DNA of 62,731 nt, filler included, from Sphacelaria rigidula (lineage: Eukaryota), in NCBI GenBank assembly GCA_964200075.2. It is 4 parts of 4 records of this genome, joined end to end, with 100 filler letters (N's around TTAATTAATTAA, not from the genome) between each part and the next. Parts side by side here need not be neighbours in the genome. Positions count along the whole stretch, not along the records: positions 1 to 15,611 come from CAXNAA020001673.1; 3 more parts are not named here. One strand, given 5' to 3'. Under the pieces are notes generated by a model. It worked only from the letters and a program-made list of their open reading frames with translations. It was not told the origin of the DNA and did not search any database. Positions within the stretch are counted from its first letter, which is position 1. Each line of letters starts with the position of its first letter. The position numbers and the translations under genes were made by a program. Of this stretch, positions 1-12,600 are shown piece after piece.

Positions 1-1338
1 CAATCAGCGGTTGTTTTTGAAAAAGGGGATTTTGAAAAAGGGGATTATCCCCTTCGTTAAGACATGCCCTAAGTGGTGATGATTCGTCCTAACCGTGGAT
101 ACTTGCATACGAGTACTTTACAGCATTCATCCTGTTTCCAGTTCGGAAAAAAAGCGACGCCCGCTGTGCGGCTCTCTCGTTTCGTTGAGGTGGCATGGAA
201 CAAAGCAGGCGAGATCGTGATGCCAACATAAAAGGATTTGGGGCAGCAGTGCTTCCATGTATGCGTTGACCTGCCTTTGATCGTATGCTTATGCTTCGAA
301 GCTGCTGTGTTTTCAATGCTCACCACACAACCACGAGGGTCATGTCAATCATGCGGACGAAGAGGGGCACGATATGTATTTCATCTGTTTTGATTTGCGT
401 GACTGGTCAAGTATACACTTTCAAATACAAACCACAAGACAGGGGTTGGTTGCACTCTGCACGTTACACAAATATTCATAAAAACGTACACAGCGCATGT
501 GAGGCAGAGTTGAACGTCTGACTGCCAGTAGCCTCGTGCTGTACCGGACTATATATACAGACTATGCTGTTATTATGACCTCTAAATAACACGACCCATT
601 CACCATCTAGGTTAGATGAGTCACACCCACTCTTGTCCGCGGGCCGATGTGTTATAATGCCGACTACAACACAAGGCTTGCGGATGAACGACATGACACC
701 CGTGTCAGAATAACTTTCGGGAAAATAGCCCAGAAACAACCGGGAGAACGCTAATGGTTGACGAATCCCATGAATGGGGAGAAAACACGAATGCTTTTCC
801 TGTCACGCGAAAGTGAGCACACTTTGTGTAGATGGTTGGCGCATTCCATGGAACGGATTTGAGGTCAGCGTGTAATATTTCCTGCACCGTGCTATTGCGC
901 AAAATTACGGGTTGACTCTTGCGGCGTGTGGGTGCCTCCCGGCGTTCAACAGCTGGCAGGACCTCCCACACAGTCTATTGTGCCTTCTGGCTATCCCAGC
1001 GAAAAAAAGAAACGTACCGTCCATGTGTTGTCCGTTGTGAACATATGTGTAGTATCAACACGAACCTAGATGAAACACGAGACGCCAACGACAACGACAA
1101 CACGAATAACAGTCGATACTGACTGTTACGAATGCACTCATTTCCTCCGCTCCATCACGTCAGGGGAACTCGACAGACATGGCGAGCGAAGAACAAATCA
1201 TAGCGATTCACCACAACCCAGTAGGGTAGGGCACATCACGCCACGGCACATTGCAGTACGGTACGGTACTTGTACAGAACCATGGGCTGAGTTGTTGCAA
1301 TCAGCTAATGTGAGAAAATCAGTCAATCAATCGATTAA

Positions 1339-1436
1339 CCCTTAGACCGTGAGATTAGTCTTTCTGGATCATGCATACTTTTTTTCACTTGAAATTGATG
1401 CCGATTCAACAGAAGACTAACCTCGCGGTCTAGGGG
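1339..1436. mobile_element. piggyBac-like MITE (~98 bp)
   Basis: TTAA on both sides (1335-1338, 1437-1440); TIRs CCCTTAGACCGTGAG / CTCGCGGTCTAGGGG. Related copies lie near 9135-9238, 10470-10564, 29454-29554, 60660-60751 and 62330-62545. Confidence 0.8.
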
Positions 1437-1509
1437 TTAACAGAAACCGGCAAGTTTGTTGACGGTTTGAAACAGGTTCCCGTGTAACAGGTCTCTCGTC
1501 TCCTCTTAC

Positions 1510-2831
1510 ATGACCGTCGAAAACCGCAAACGCTGAAATGGGAGGTGACGATCCGGTGCCAGGCCTTAGGTCGAGACATGCCAAATGGCTATCCTCCATG
1601 CCCGTCCGCCACCCCTGCATACCGGCCGCGCCCCATCTTAGCCCAGTGTCATCCGCGCCTTTTCCCGAGACGGGAAACGACAAAGTACGACATGACGATC
1701 AACGGAAGACGCGCAAGGTGGTTGATCTTTAGGCGCTAAACACTAAAAATCTTCGAAACATACCTGCGAACAGGCGCGTAGGGTTTTTCTTCGCGAGACC
1801 TAGGTGCGGTACAACGATCACAAGGAAAGGAAATAAACGCCTTCGGAGAAATACAAAATTACAAGATACTGTACCCATCTCGGACAACAACTTTCACTGC
1901 TGATATACTGTTGTACTACTGCCTGTATGTCTGTACTTTGCACCTACGACCTACTGATGCACAATAGACAGTGTGAACAGAGCAAAGGGTGTGCAGACAC
2001 TTCGGTATTAGAATGCTTCTGCTGTGAGAGTCGAAACTACACAATGACCACATTATGGATGCGACGCCTGTTTCTCATCGGTTTCGCCAAATTCGCTAGT
2101 TTGTGCGAGTGTGTACGTGTTTTGAACAGGAATCAGTTTCGCTTTTCCTTGAAGATGGGAAAGCTGGGGGTCGCGATTTGCAAGTTCGTGAGGCAAAAAA
2201 AGCAATGGACAGCAAGCCAGGCAAACCATGATGATAGAAAGAACAGTAATCCTACATCAAGATGATGGACACACACACAAAACAGCATCGGCCTTCCCCT
2301 TCAAGTTCAAGGCTTGAAGAATTCTGCATTAGCTGTACAGTTCAGCTGTTTTAGCTACCTCTGGATGATGGACACGAACACGAGCAGCAACGAACTAGTG
2401 ACTTCATCCCTTCAAGTTTCACTGGAAGGGTTGAAGATCTATCTCTCCGTGTGAGGGGGGAAAACCCCCTGCATACACCCCGTCCATTTGTACAGTACTG
2501 CGTGCAGGGGTAAAAACAAGTCAAATCATTTTCATGTGTGTGTGTTGTCGTCCCATCTATTCTGGACGCCGGTCTACACCTTTCGGTCTATGTGGGCGCA
2601 CCAGCCGGGGTCACACAGGAGGAATTTGTATCGATCGGAGAAATGTAGCAATGTATAACTGGTGGGGTGTCTTTCATGCACCCCTGACTGGGTATTACTT
2701 ACTACTGTTGCTGTATTGTTTTGTCCTGCACGTAGTAGAAGAAAGCAGTAAAATCGGAAACTTGTTCACATGCGTCGCTTACCGTCCTCTGTCTCCTTGT
2801 CTTTGATGGGCTGCGATAGATAGGCCCCCAT
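1510..2831 (-). CDS. Protein phosphatase 2C (PPM1G/PP2C-gamma-like), first two coding exons; gene presumably continues left of the window
   Basis: Exon 1 2831-2783 (MGAYLSQPIKDKETEDG, donor G|GTAAGC) splices in phase to exon 2 1658-1510 (acceptor AAG|; ADDTGLRWGAAGMQGWRTGMEDSH...AFAVFDGH, donor |GTAAGA). It has the PP2C motifs MQGWRxxMED and FDGH and an MGAYLS N-myristoylation-type start. No further exon was recognised in 1-1500. Confidence 0.9.
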
Positions 2832-3603
2832 CCTTCGCTGTTGCTCCGATGCCCTCTGTCGTTTCACAGATCTCTCCTCCCTGGTCACTTGAGGAACTCT
2901 GTTGCTCCCTGGGTATAGGCAACTTTGCCGTGCGACTATAACTGTATCTCTAAAGACAGGAGTCGACTAAATCGCCAGTAGTCCCAGGAGCTCTCTTTCT
3001 CTTGATACTTGTACAGTTTTATGATCGTGATTCTTGCCGCGATGCCTTTACCCTCTCGTGCATAAACCACGCAACGACGTTGTCGCTGTTTCGCAGGTTC
3101 TAGTGGTGCATGTAAAGCGCTCACAATTCAGCCAGTACAAAAGAGAGCAGCACTGCACCTAGTACCAACACTGTCAAAATATTGTTGTCGTATCAGAGAG
3201 CAGCTGCCCTCGAAACAGCAAATTGGTCGCGATGATTCGCGCAAAATTGCAAAATTGCAAACAGTATTCGCTCATGCTCATGTCATCATTTAGTCTTTTT
3301 CCATTCTATACTCGCGTCAAACTATGTCATTCATGTTTCTTAGGCCAGCCTCATTGTCGAACCCTTCATTCGTTTGTCCTGCATCTCCTCGCTCCCTGAG
3401 GTGCTCACGAGTAGTGCACTCAGACGAAAGACGTCAGGCAGAAGGGGAAACTGCAGAATCGTCTCCTATTACACAAAAGTGAGCTATACAACGAGAAATA
3501 TCAGGGATCGGCACACAGCGGGTTAATATAGGCTCGCGTACACTACGTGCTGAGGTGCTACTGCAAGGACACGCCGCTGTGTGGGGTGGTTCATCAGGAG
3601 GTC

Positions 3604-6600
3604 ATGAGTTCATTTCGGTGAGCACGGTGCGGTAATGTCATGCATGCGTTCAGTAAACTGTGCGATGCATCGGGTTCCATGAACAAGTAGATCTGACAAT
3701 GATTGTGATACGTATGAGTGAGAACCAATGCAGCCGCTTGTCCTTCACTATAGTATCGTGACGTGGTCAATATAAATGTTTTGTACTCGTTCTCTGCTAT
3801 TGGTGATCGCCGCCTGTACTAAAGTGAACCGTGGTGCTTCCGGTTACTCACCATCCGCGATATCTTGGTTGTCAATGTAGTCTTGATAGGTGATACCAAC
3901 TGAGGGATTGGAATTTTTCAACCCAGAGTGTCTTCACAAGCAAAGAATCCGACGCAATATTCAGCGGGTGAGGTCATGTTTGAAAAACTTGGTCAAACAA
4001 GAGGGTGGTATACTACGTCACACCCGATTACTGCGGTCGTTCGTACGCTGTGTGGCGGTACTTTCGACACCGGGTTGCTCAGCTACTGTGCTGTGAACCA
4101 AAAAAGGGAGCCGTGCGGTAGTTACATGGTGAAAATCGACCGCCTCAACTCGTTGCCTGTGATGTGCTTGCCGTGTTCTTCCCCCCGTCTGCCGAACACA
4201 AGAGTCGCAATCCTGTACGGATCTCAGACCGGCAATGCGCAATCCATTGCAGAGGGTGTACACGAGGGCTGCAAGGGAAAAGGCTTGGAGAGCATTCTGC
4301 TAGCCTGTGACGGCTGGAAAAAGGTACAGTGCAGTAGGTGGGCCTGTATGCAAGCGATACAGGGCACATAGCAAACCAAGAACGACACTTTTAAGTAGAG
4401 GAATGGCTCCCCAACACGGTATCCTAACCTTAGTCTTGTGTGGAAAATAAATTAAAACTCCCGTGGGATCCCACTAGAGTGCAGTCATGACGAGGTGGGG
4501 ATCCATTCGCACTGGTATACTGAAACATTCTGGTGTACTCACCCTTTCTGCTGCATTGCGTCAAAGTATACGTACGCACCCGGGCTATCTCTTGTCCGTG
4601 TGCTGTAAACGAGAGTATACCCGCACATGGTGCTACTGTTTACACATGAGTTTTGACGCCCGCGGACGGGCAACTCAGTCTTTCTCTCTTTTCACGTATA
4701 TGGATAGTGCCGGTTCAGCAGATATACATACCGCGGCGATCGAAGGGTTGAACCATCGCACAGGGGGTTCTCAAGTATTTATTTATGTTCACTGTGTGTT
4801 GCATATGCTGCGTGATTGTTTGGCACAGATGAAGCCGGAGCTAAAGGAGTGGAACACCGTGGTCATCGTCGTTTCGACCACCGGGAATGGGGATGCCCCA
4901 GAAAACACTGAGAGGTTTTGGAGGTACTGTACAGCAGGAATACGACACATGTGCTTGAGCACGCAAAATATGCATTTCGATTCTGTACTGTGCGTTCTCT
5001 GGCGCTCGCTCGTTGTGTTCCCGGTATTTTCATAACCAACAGTTTTGGTCCAGTACTTCGTTTCTCTGGTGAGACCATGCGGGGGTGCTGCACTATACGG
5101 CATCGCGATGCCAAGCATGTGTCGCGCGTGCGTGTGCGCATGTATGTCTGAGCAATCCATCAGTCTGGTGCTTTGACCCCCGGACAGCGAATCCCAACAG
5201 ATAAGAGTATCCCACACGTGGGGTTCAGAACGACTGTTTTTTTACAAGACAAAACGTCTCTTGATATGAACATATCATATGTTGAGTGTCCGTGTAAAAA
5301 CTAGTGCTGGAGAACCCCTGACCGGCTTTAAGGCGAAAGGCAAGTGAGTACTTACGTGGCGTCACTGGCTGATTTCGTGTGGTGGCATGCCGTCATGCTG
5401 TGCAAGTGTGGTGCACATTAGCAGGCATAAGTTACTGCTGCGCTATATGCACACGTCGGACAGCGCAGGAGTTACCCCAAAACAACTAGTCGAAGAGGGC
5501 TCTCAGATCACTTATCGAAAAACACAGGTACGTGACAGTATGGTCCAAGAAGACAATGCCTCACCTTTCCGGCACTCGGCGTGCTTGGCGTCCAGCGCTG
5601 TGGGCAGAAAATATGGAAAATGAGGCCAAAATAAGCTACGTCATGATCCCGATCGGTACACTAATGAGAAGTGATATTCAGTTAGCTCATTAGCTGCCCA
5701 CTGTGGTTATATGCAAACAACAGTCTCTACTTTTACCCAATTATGCTTTTTATGCAGTGCTGGCAATGCCTCGAGTGTGGTGTTTTGATCGTATACGCGT
5801 GTCACATCGTCTCAACTGTACTTTCTTCTTGTCTGCACCTTACCCAAAAACCTGTTTCATCAGCGGCTGACTACAACGGCATGAAACAATCAGCGTGCCA
5901 TCGCTCTCCACTAAACACAGTCTGTCCACTGTACGCTCTTACTATCACTACTGCGTAGTGATGCACAACAACACTGCATACAGTGTCCAGATAACTTGGC
6001 AGCACAAGAGGTGTTAGACAAGACGCAAAACCACGCACGGGGGAAAACGTACCTTCTTTCTGTGTTCTCCCATATGGTTCAGAGGTCGCTACCCATACGG
6101 TCAAATACGGCCGGTCTGCGAGGTGGCTGACCTGTCGTACTGGATCTGTCGGGGAACGAAAGGACCAACTCGACTAATGGCAGGAGTCAAAGTGGTCACT
6201 TCCTTGTCTTCGAGCATGGGAGTGCCTGACTTGAAATTTTCCTGTTGAAGCTTTGGGATATGGTCAGTTCGATAGCTTCTCAGTTGATTCCTGACCAGGG
6301 ACCCCATGCACACACCTGGATGTACCGGGACTATCTGCCCCCCAAACTGTTCCGAGGTAAAGCTCGCATTGGAAGTGTTGAACCAATACCTCCCCACTGT
6401 GCACTCTACGTTGCTGCGTTTATCGCGGTTGTTGTGTATTGAGAGAAGCGAGATCCAACGTAATATAAAAGTTTGAGAGCGTCTTCATTATGTGGTCAAC
6501 CTGTGTTCGATGACAGAGCGGACCCAAGCAAGCAAGCAACTTCTCTCTCGCACCGTGGACGTTCTGTGTGCGCACGTCGTTTGTTGGCAATGTTGACTCG

Positions 6601-9600
6601 AATGCGCGACAGATTTCTCAAGCGACGGACTAATCCGAAAGACTTGCTCGCGGGTGTGCGGTTTGCCCTGCTGGGTCTAGGCGACACCAACTACGACAAG
6701 TTCTGGTAAGATCCGTATCTCCAACCTGGCGGGCGCCTAATGCTTCTGTCAGGGTTGGACGGGACGGGCATCGTGTACCTAGTGCAACCAGGAATAAGAC
6801 ATTAAGTCGAGAGGAGGGGAAGTCTTGTCGGTGGACCGCAACAAGTGTTGGCTGAGACGGATTTGTTGACGGAACAGTTGGTGAAGAAGTGTGAACTGTT
6901 TCTCGCGTGGTATCTGGAGTAGACAGATGTCGGACCTCTCCGTGCACTCTGGTGGACGAGGAGTGGTCATTATATACGGTACAGTAGAATTTTGCAGGGT
7001 TGTGTTCTACAGGGTATCCCGACTGAAATTCGGGTATTTACGGAAGAGTAAGAGAGGTGTTTCATCGGCTAATGCCCTTCCGGACGATACTGGGGTGTTC
7101 GCAACAGGGTTTGACACCCTGCTCAACCATACCGGAGTACTCGGTACACAGGCCAGTTGTATGCCAACCGAAAATCCCAACTTCCGGGTATACCCTATAG
7201 AGCATCACCTTGGAATCAATGTTGCACGTTGATGAAGTTTATGTTTTGTTTCTTCACCTGAACAAGAGCCGTCGTCAAACTGCACCTTGGGTCTAAGCCC
7301 TGCGTCGCTGTGCGTTCGATGGCTACCCTTGGAGACTTTGAAAATTGAACATACTGCGTCGTCTGTGTACAACTTTCTCGAATAACGCAAATTAGTAAGC
7401 ACACAAGGATAGAAAATCCGTTTCTGAACTTGAATGAATATCAAGGTCAGACAATTTATGACGTCACGGGATCGACCGGGCTGTATCGCCCCTACCCTCT
7501 CGAGACTGATTTGGATCATGACGCTGGTTCATTTCACTACTCTCATACCTGAGCCTTGTCCTGTAGTGGAGCTGCATCGACACACATGCGCTTTCTCGAC
7601 AGTGTTCAGGCTTTCAGCCTTCTCGAGGACATCAAGTCGAACTCCTTCACATGGGGGGGGGGGGGCGGGGGTTGTGACTGTGTATACTTGGGAATACCAA
7701 TCCCGTTTTTTGTTTGTCGTTCGTTGGTCACGGCCTTCTTTGCGTTGCTTTCCCGATCGATTCTCATGCCAACCAACCGTGTTTGGCACCTCCAAATATG
7801 AACGCGATCGGACAGTCACATGGGCAAAAGCTTCGACAAGAGACTGAAGGAGCTAGGCGCGACGCCGTTTCACGCATCCGCCTTTGCTGATGAGGCCACA
7901 AACATGGAGGAGACGGTAGAGCCATGGCTGTCAACGCTCTTTTCGACTTTGCTCGATTTGCAGAAGAGTGCTGGTGACGGCGGTGAGCCTCGGCAAGAGC
8001 CAGCAGGGGCAACACCAATCGTGAACGATACTATTGCCACGAAGGATTCTCCTCAAGAAAGTTCTGAGAATGGCCTCGGAACGGATACTGACACTGTTCA
8101 AGGTGCGGGCGTCGCACCGCCGTCCCGAAGGAACTGTAGCAGCAGCGCAACAACAGCAGAATCGACAACAGCGTCGGCGCTAAATCCCCCTTTGGTGGAA
8201 GCCCAAGCAGGCCAATACGCTGGGCAGAACGGCAGTACTACGAAAGGTATACAGAACTGGTGTTAAGGCAGAAGAGCATACCGTAATTCTTGTGTGCCCC
8301 TGATCTTCAGCGATTTTGCAGTAGAAAGTACCTCAAGGATACCCACAGTATGTCTCAATCCCCTAAGAAAAGTAATTTTACTCCAGGGCAAAACGAAAGG
8401 TGTCGACGGACAGAAGAAGCGCTTGAATATCCCACCCTCAGTGTACCTGAAGTATTGAACGGTACCTTTTTTTTTCTTGCCTCGCTCAAACCGTACTCGA
8501 AAAAGGTACTGTTGTGGCGTCGACGGCGCAGCCAGGGATTAGCGCTGGTTCCAGTGGCGGCGGGAGTGATAATGCCGTTGAACCCAGTCGTACTACCTCG
8601 GCTACCGGCAAGAGCGGAGGCGTTAGAATAATAACTCTCGACACGCTTGCTGGTGGTAGCGGAACGGGCCCGAGAGGTATCGGAGTCGCGGCCGCTGCTA
8701 CTCCTCGTCAGCCAGCGGGGAAAAACACCGAGGAGAGCGGTAGCGGGTCGGCGTCAGCGGCGGAGAAAAAATCTGTTCCGAATTCATCTCTTCGATCGAA
8801 CGAGGTGAAAGGGGTTACCGCCCCCGAGGTTGGTGTGGAGGCGACGAGGAAGACCCTACCGCCGCATAGGTGCGCATGATCCAGGCTATTTTTTTGCTTC
8901 GTGAATGTACTGTGCTGCACTACTGTATTGGAATTCTACTGTAGTGTTGATCTTTGTGCTGCGCCGTACGAAGCGTGTGCTTGCGTGCTGGCGAAAGAAT
9001 TTTGGAGGTCTGCCGTTGTAAGAATTGTTTGGGATGCCCCCCCCCTCCCCCTCCCCCGGCCTGTCGCCATGATCGTACCGTGCCGGTGAAGCGCTTTGGC
9101 TGACAGATCTGCTTGTGCGTTTTAATACCTTTAACCCCTTGACGGCGAGAGCGAGTCATTTGTCATTTGTTGAATCGGCATCAATTTCACTTGAAAAAGT
9201 ATGCATGATCCGGATGGACTACCCTCGTGGTCTAAGGGTTGAACCTTCAGTATCCGTTATCCCGATGCTGTAGCTGAGCATCTCCTTCCACTTTATCCGA
9301 AGACACTCGTATCGCCAGCGACAGCGCACCAGTGTATGCAAGTTTTTGTGTTCCATGGTCCCCTACCCATGTATCGTTGAAATTGGGCAACGGCAGGTCG
9401 GGTGGGGGTATACCCGATATTGTTGGTAGAGTGAAAAGTCGCACAACATCTGCCTAAGTCAGTCACAATGACCTGTATGGGCTTTAGAGAGGGGAACAAC
9501 AGCAATCGACTGGCTGCTGCTGTGGGCATAGATGAGATCTCCACTTTTTAAAATCCCAAATTATTGGGTACACTCTTCCCAACCTGTTCTTGAAAGTGTG

Positions 9601-12600
9601 CACACCTTGGACAATACATAGTCAATAGCTGCAAAAGATAAGAAATATACTGCGTAAAGTATAGGCCTATTGCGACTATTTTCGGCCGACAATAGCTGCA
9701 ATGGGCCTATACTTTACACAGCATATTTCTTGTCTATCGCAAATATTGACCGTATATTGTCCAAGGTGTGCAAATGTGCAACCGAATCAGTATTCTTCGG
9801 AACTTTTTAGTGGTCGATCTACACAGAAGTCAATATTTACGAGTAGCATCTGGACCCTTGAAATCCCAGTTTGCTATTTGACTGTAATGTGTGATGTTGC
9901 TTTTGGAATGCGTGAAATAAATGGGCAAGAGCCGGAAATATTTGCTGAGATTGTGATTCGCAGTCAGGTGTATGAATGTTTTTTTTTGTGCAAGTTCGAG
10001 AGAGGCTACTGTTCATGGTGCATCATCACTGGGATACAACCGAAGGGTTAGATGATAACAGTACTCTCGCGTAACGCGTGTGGCGACAACCTATCTTGTA
10101 TCCAATGGCCATGTCTACGTCGTAGCGAATCAGTCCATGTACGACAATCAATACGAGCTGGGCCAGCCTGGGAGCGGACTTGTAGTTCGCAGGCCCGTGA
10201 TATTTGGTGTGGACAATGAAAAGAGCATAACGAAAAAAAGGAAAGACCGACCCACATTTTTCATGATTTCACGGCATTTTACTGAGACCTGAAAAGTTAT
10301 TATGGCCTCCAACTTATGGGGAAGAAAAAGACTTTGTGTCGGTCTTTGCTTTTTATAATTATTACATCACGCCACGGCACATTGCAGTACGGTACGGTAC
10401 TTGTACAGAACCGTGGGCTGAGTTGTTGCAATCAGCTAATGTGAGAAAATCAGTCAATCAATCGATTAACCCTTAGACCGTGAGATTAGTCTTTCTGGAT
10501 CATGCATACTTTTTTTCACTTGAAATTGATGCCAATTCAACAGAAGACTAACCTCGCGGTCTAGTCATTGTCCATACCAAATATCAGGGGCCAACTCCAA
10601 AATTGGGGTAAGAATGAGCCGTTTAGTAACTTGGGCGGTAGAAATTGGGAACAGCATTTCGAATGGCACCTACCGGCCCACGTTTGGTGTTTGTGTATTG
10701 AAATTTTGTGTGGGACCTCGCTGGAGCATAATAAATAAATAAAACTGGGTCAGATTGGTTTTATTTTATTTTTTCCCTAGTTCAGGGCGTTTTAGTATGG
10801 TAACGACATTTTTTTCACGAGAACGCGCTAACCTCTCCAAGAAAAAATGGAAAACCATATTTTTTATTCAGCATGCTTTTGCGATTCTCCATGCTAAGTT
10901 TCAAACCACATTTCCAAAAATTGAGCTAAAAAACTGAGGTGAGGTCCATCAGCCATATTCATTTTCCCTAAAAAATTCCCGAAAACGAAGAATACACGAA
11001 GAAAAAAAATGTATTTTTAAATCTCATCATGCACAAGCGACTCTTCACAAAAAAAATCGAAGCACAACTCTCGAAAACTGAGACGTGATGTTCAGATTTA
11101 CTTCATTTAGCGTCTATGCTCGTATTATCTTGATTTTTAGTATTTCATATTTTGTACGCCATATCTCGACATGGATAACGAATTAGGTGAAGGTGAGGGT
11201 ATCTGTCGTTTCCCCGTGCTCCTGAGAATATCCAGAGCAAAAATCGCCATCACCCGCTGTATACATCGTTCGGAGTTTCATATAGACTTCAGTATGGGCG
11301 CTATCTCCGTACGGTAAAGGGATTACTAGACATGGAGTTTAATCAATGAGAAAAATTGGTCCAGATTTTGAGCAGATAGGCACCTTCCCCCTGATTGGAC
11401 GATTAATACGATATGCGGATCACGGCCCAACTCGTGTCGACGAGACATTGCTTTGAGAGCTTAAAATCGTTTCTAGGCTGGACCATCCTGTAGTCACCTC
11501 GTGAATCGATCGAGACACGGTGCAGAGGGCATCGTGTTTCGTTGGTGGAGGATTGAAGCCGACTCCACATTCGCATATACCCGTGTGCTTCTTACCCGTG
11601 CGTCTTGCACCCCGTCCCCCGTCCCCGCAACAACAGGATAGCGGTCATGTACGGCTCTCAAACGGGCAACGCTCAGTCGATAGCCGAGCGCGTGCACGAG
11701 GGCTGCAAGGAGCGGAACTTGGAGAGCACGCTCAGCATATGTGACGGCTGGAAGAAGGTACTGTGCTGTGTAAGCTGGTTTTGTTGTTTACGGGCTAGTT
11801 CGCGGTGAACACACAATACCCAAAACAATTATCCGCAACACTCTACGCAGATTTTTGAAGTTCGAATCTGAAAAATTGCACAAAAGTACTCGAGGTCATC
11901 ACGAATATTGTTGGGACATTTTTTTTTATCTCTTCCTCTTCCACCGGTTTTTTGGGGTCCCAGGGTTCTGGGGGATTTGGGGGGATCACATGCCGTTTTG
12001 GGATCCTCGACAACCGGCGAAATGAAAGAGTAGAACAATCCGTCCTCGAAAAATTTCGTCATGATCTCAAATGTCTTCATTTCTCAAAGTTGAATTGTAA
12101 AACCTGCTCCCCTGGTGTAAAGAAAAGTAAATAGACCGTATCCATCGTCTACGAGTGCTGCTTATAGATGGTGTGGTTGGATCAGCTTTCGTTTGTGTGA
12201 AGATCTAATTGATGCCTGAGGTGAGGAAGAGCAAAGCCCTCGAGGACGGCGAAATGAGCACCAGTAATGCTACGATAGGGACGGAGGGGCGGGGGGAGGG
12301 GAGATGATTTTACGAGGAACAGACACTCATTCGTAGGTATGTCAGACGACCTATTTAGCTACTCGCGATGCGTTTGTGTTAATGTAAAGGTGGTGCCAGG
12401 GGGTATGAAAGAGTGTGTCTTATCGGTAGCAGACGCGTCCGAACAAGCGGTGCTGCTTTCAACGACGATTTGAGGTGGAAATTCGTGAAAGAAATAGTCC
12501 AAAGTACTGCCCCCCCTATCGTAGCATCACGCGCACGTGAGATAGAGGGGGTGTCTGAGCTATGTATGTACTGTGGGGAATCTTGTCGAAAGCAGGAAAA

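Noticed and set aside
3604-8869. Interpretation as a separate truncated MTRR paralogue or pseudogene
   Set aside because: No stop or frameshift in the exon chain, the last exon has a phase-matched donor to copy 2, and I found no separate start exon for copy 2.
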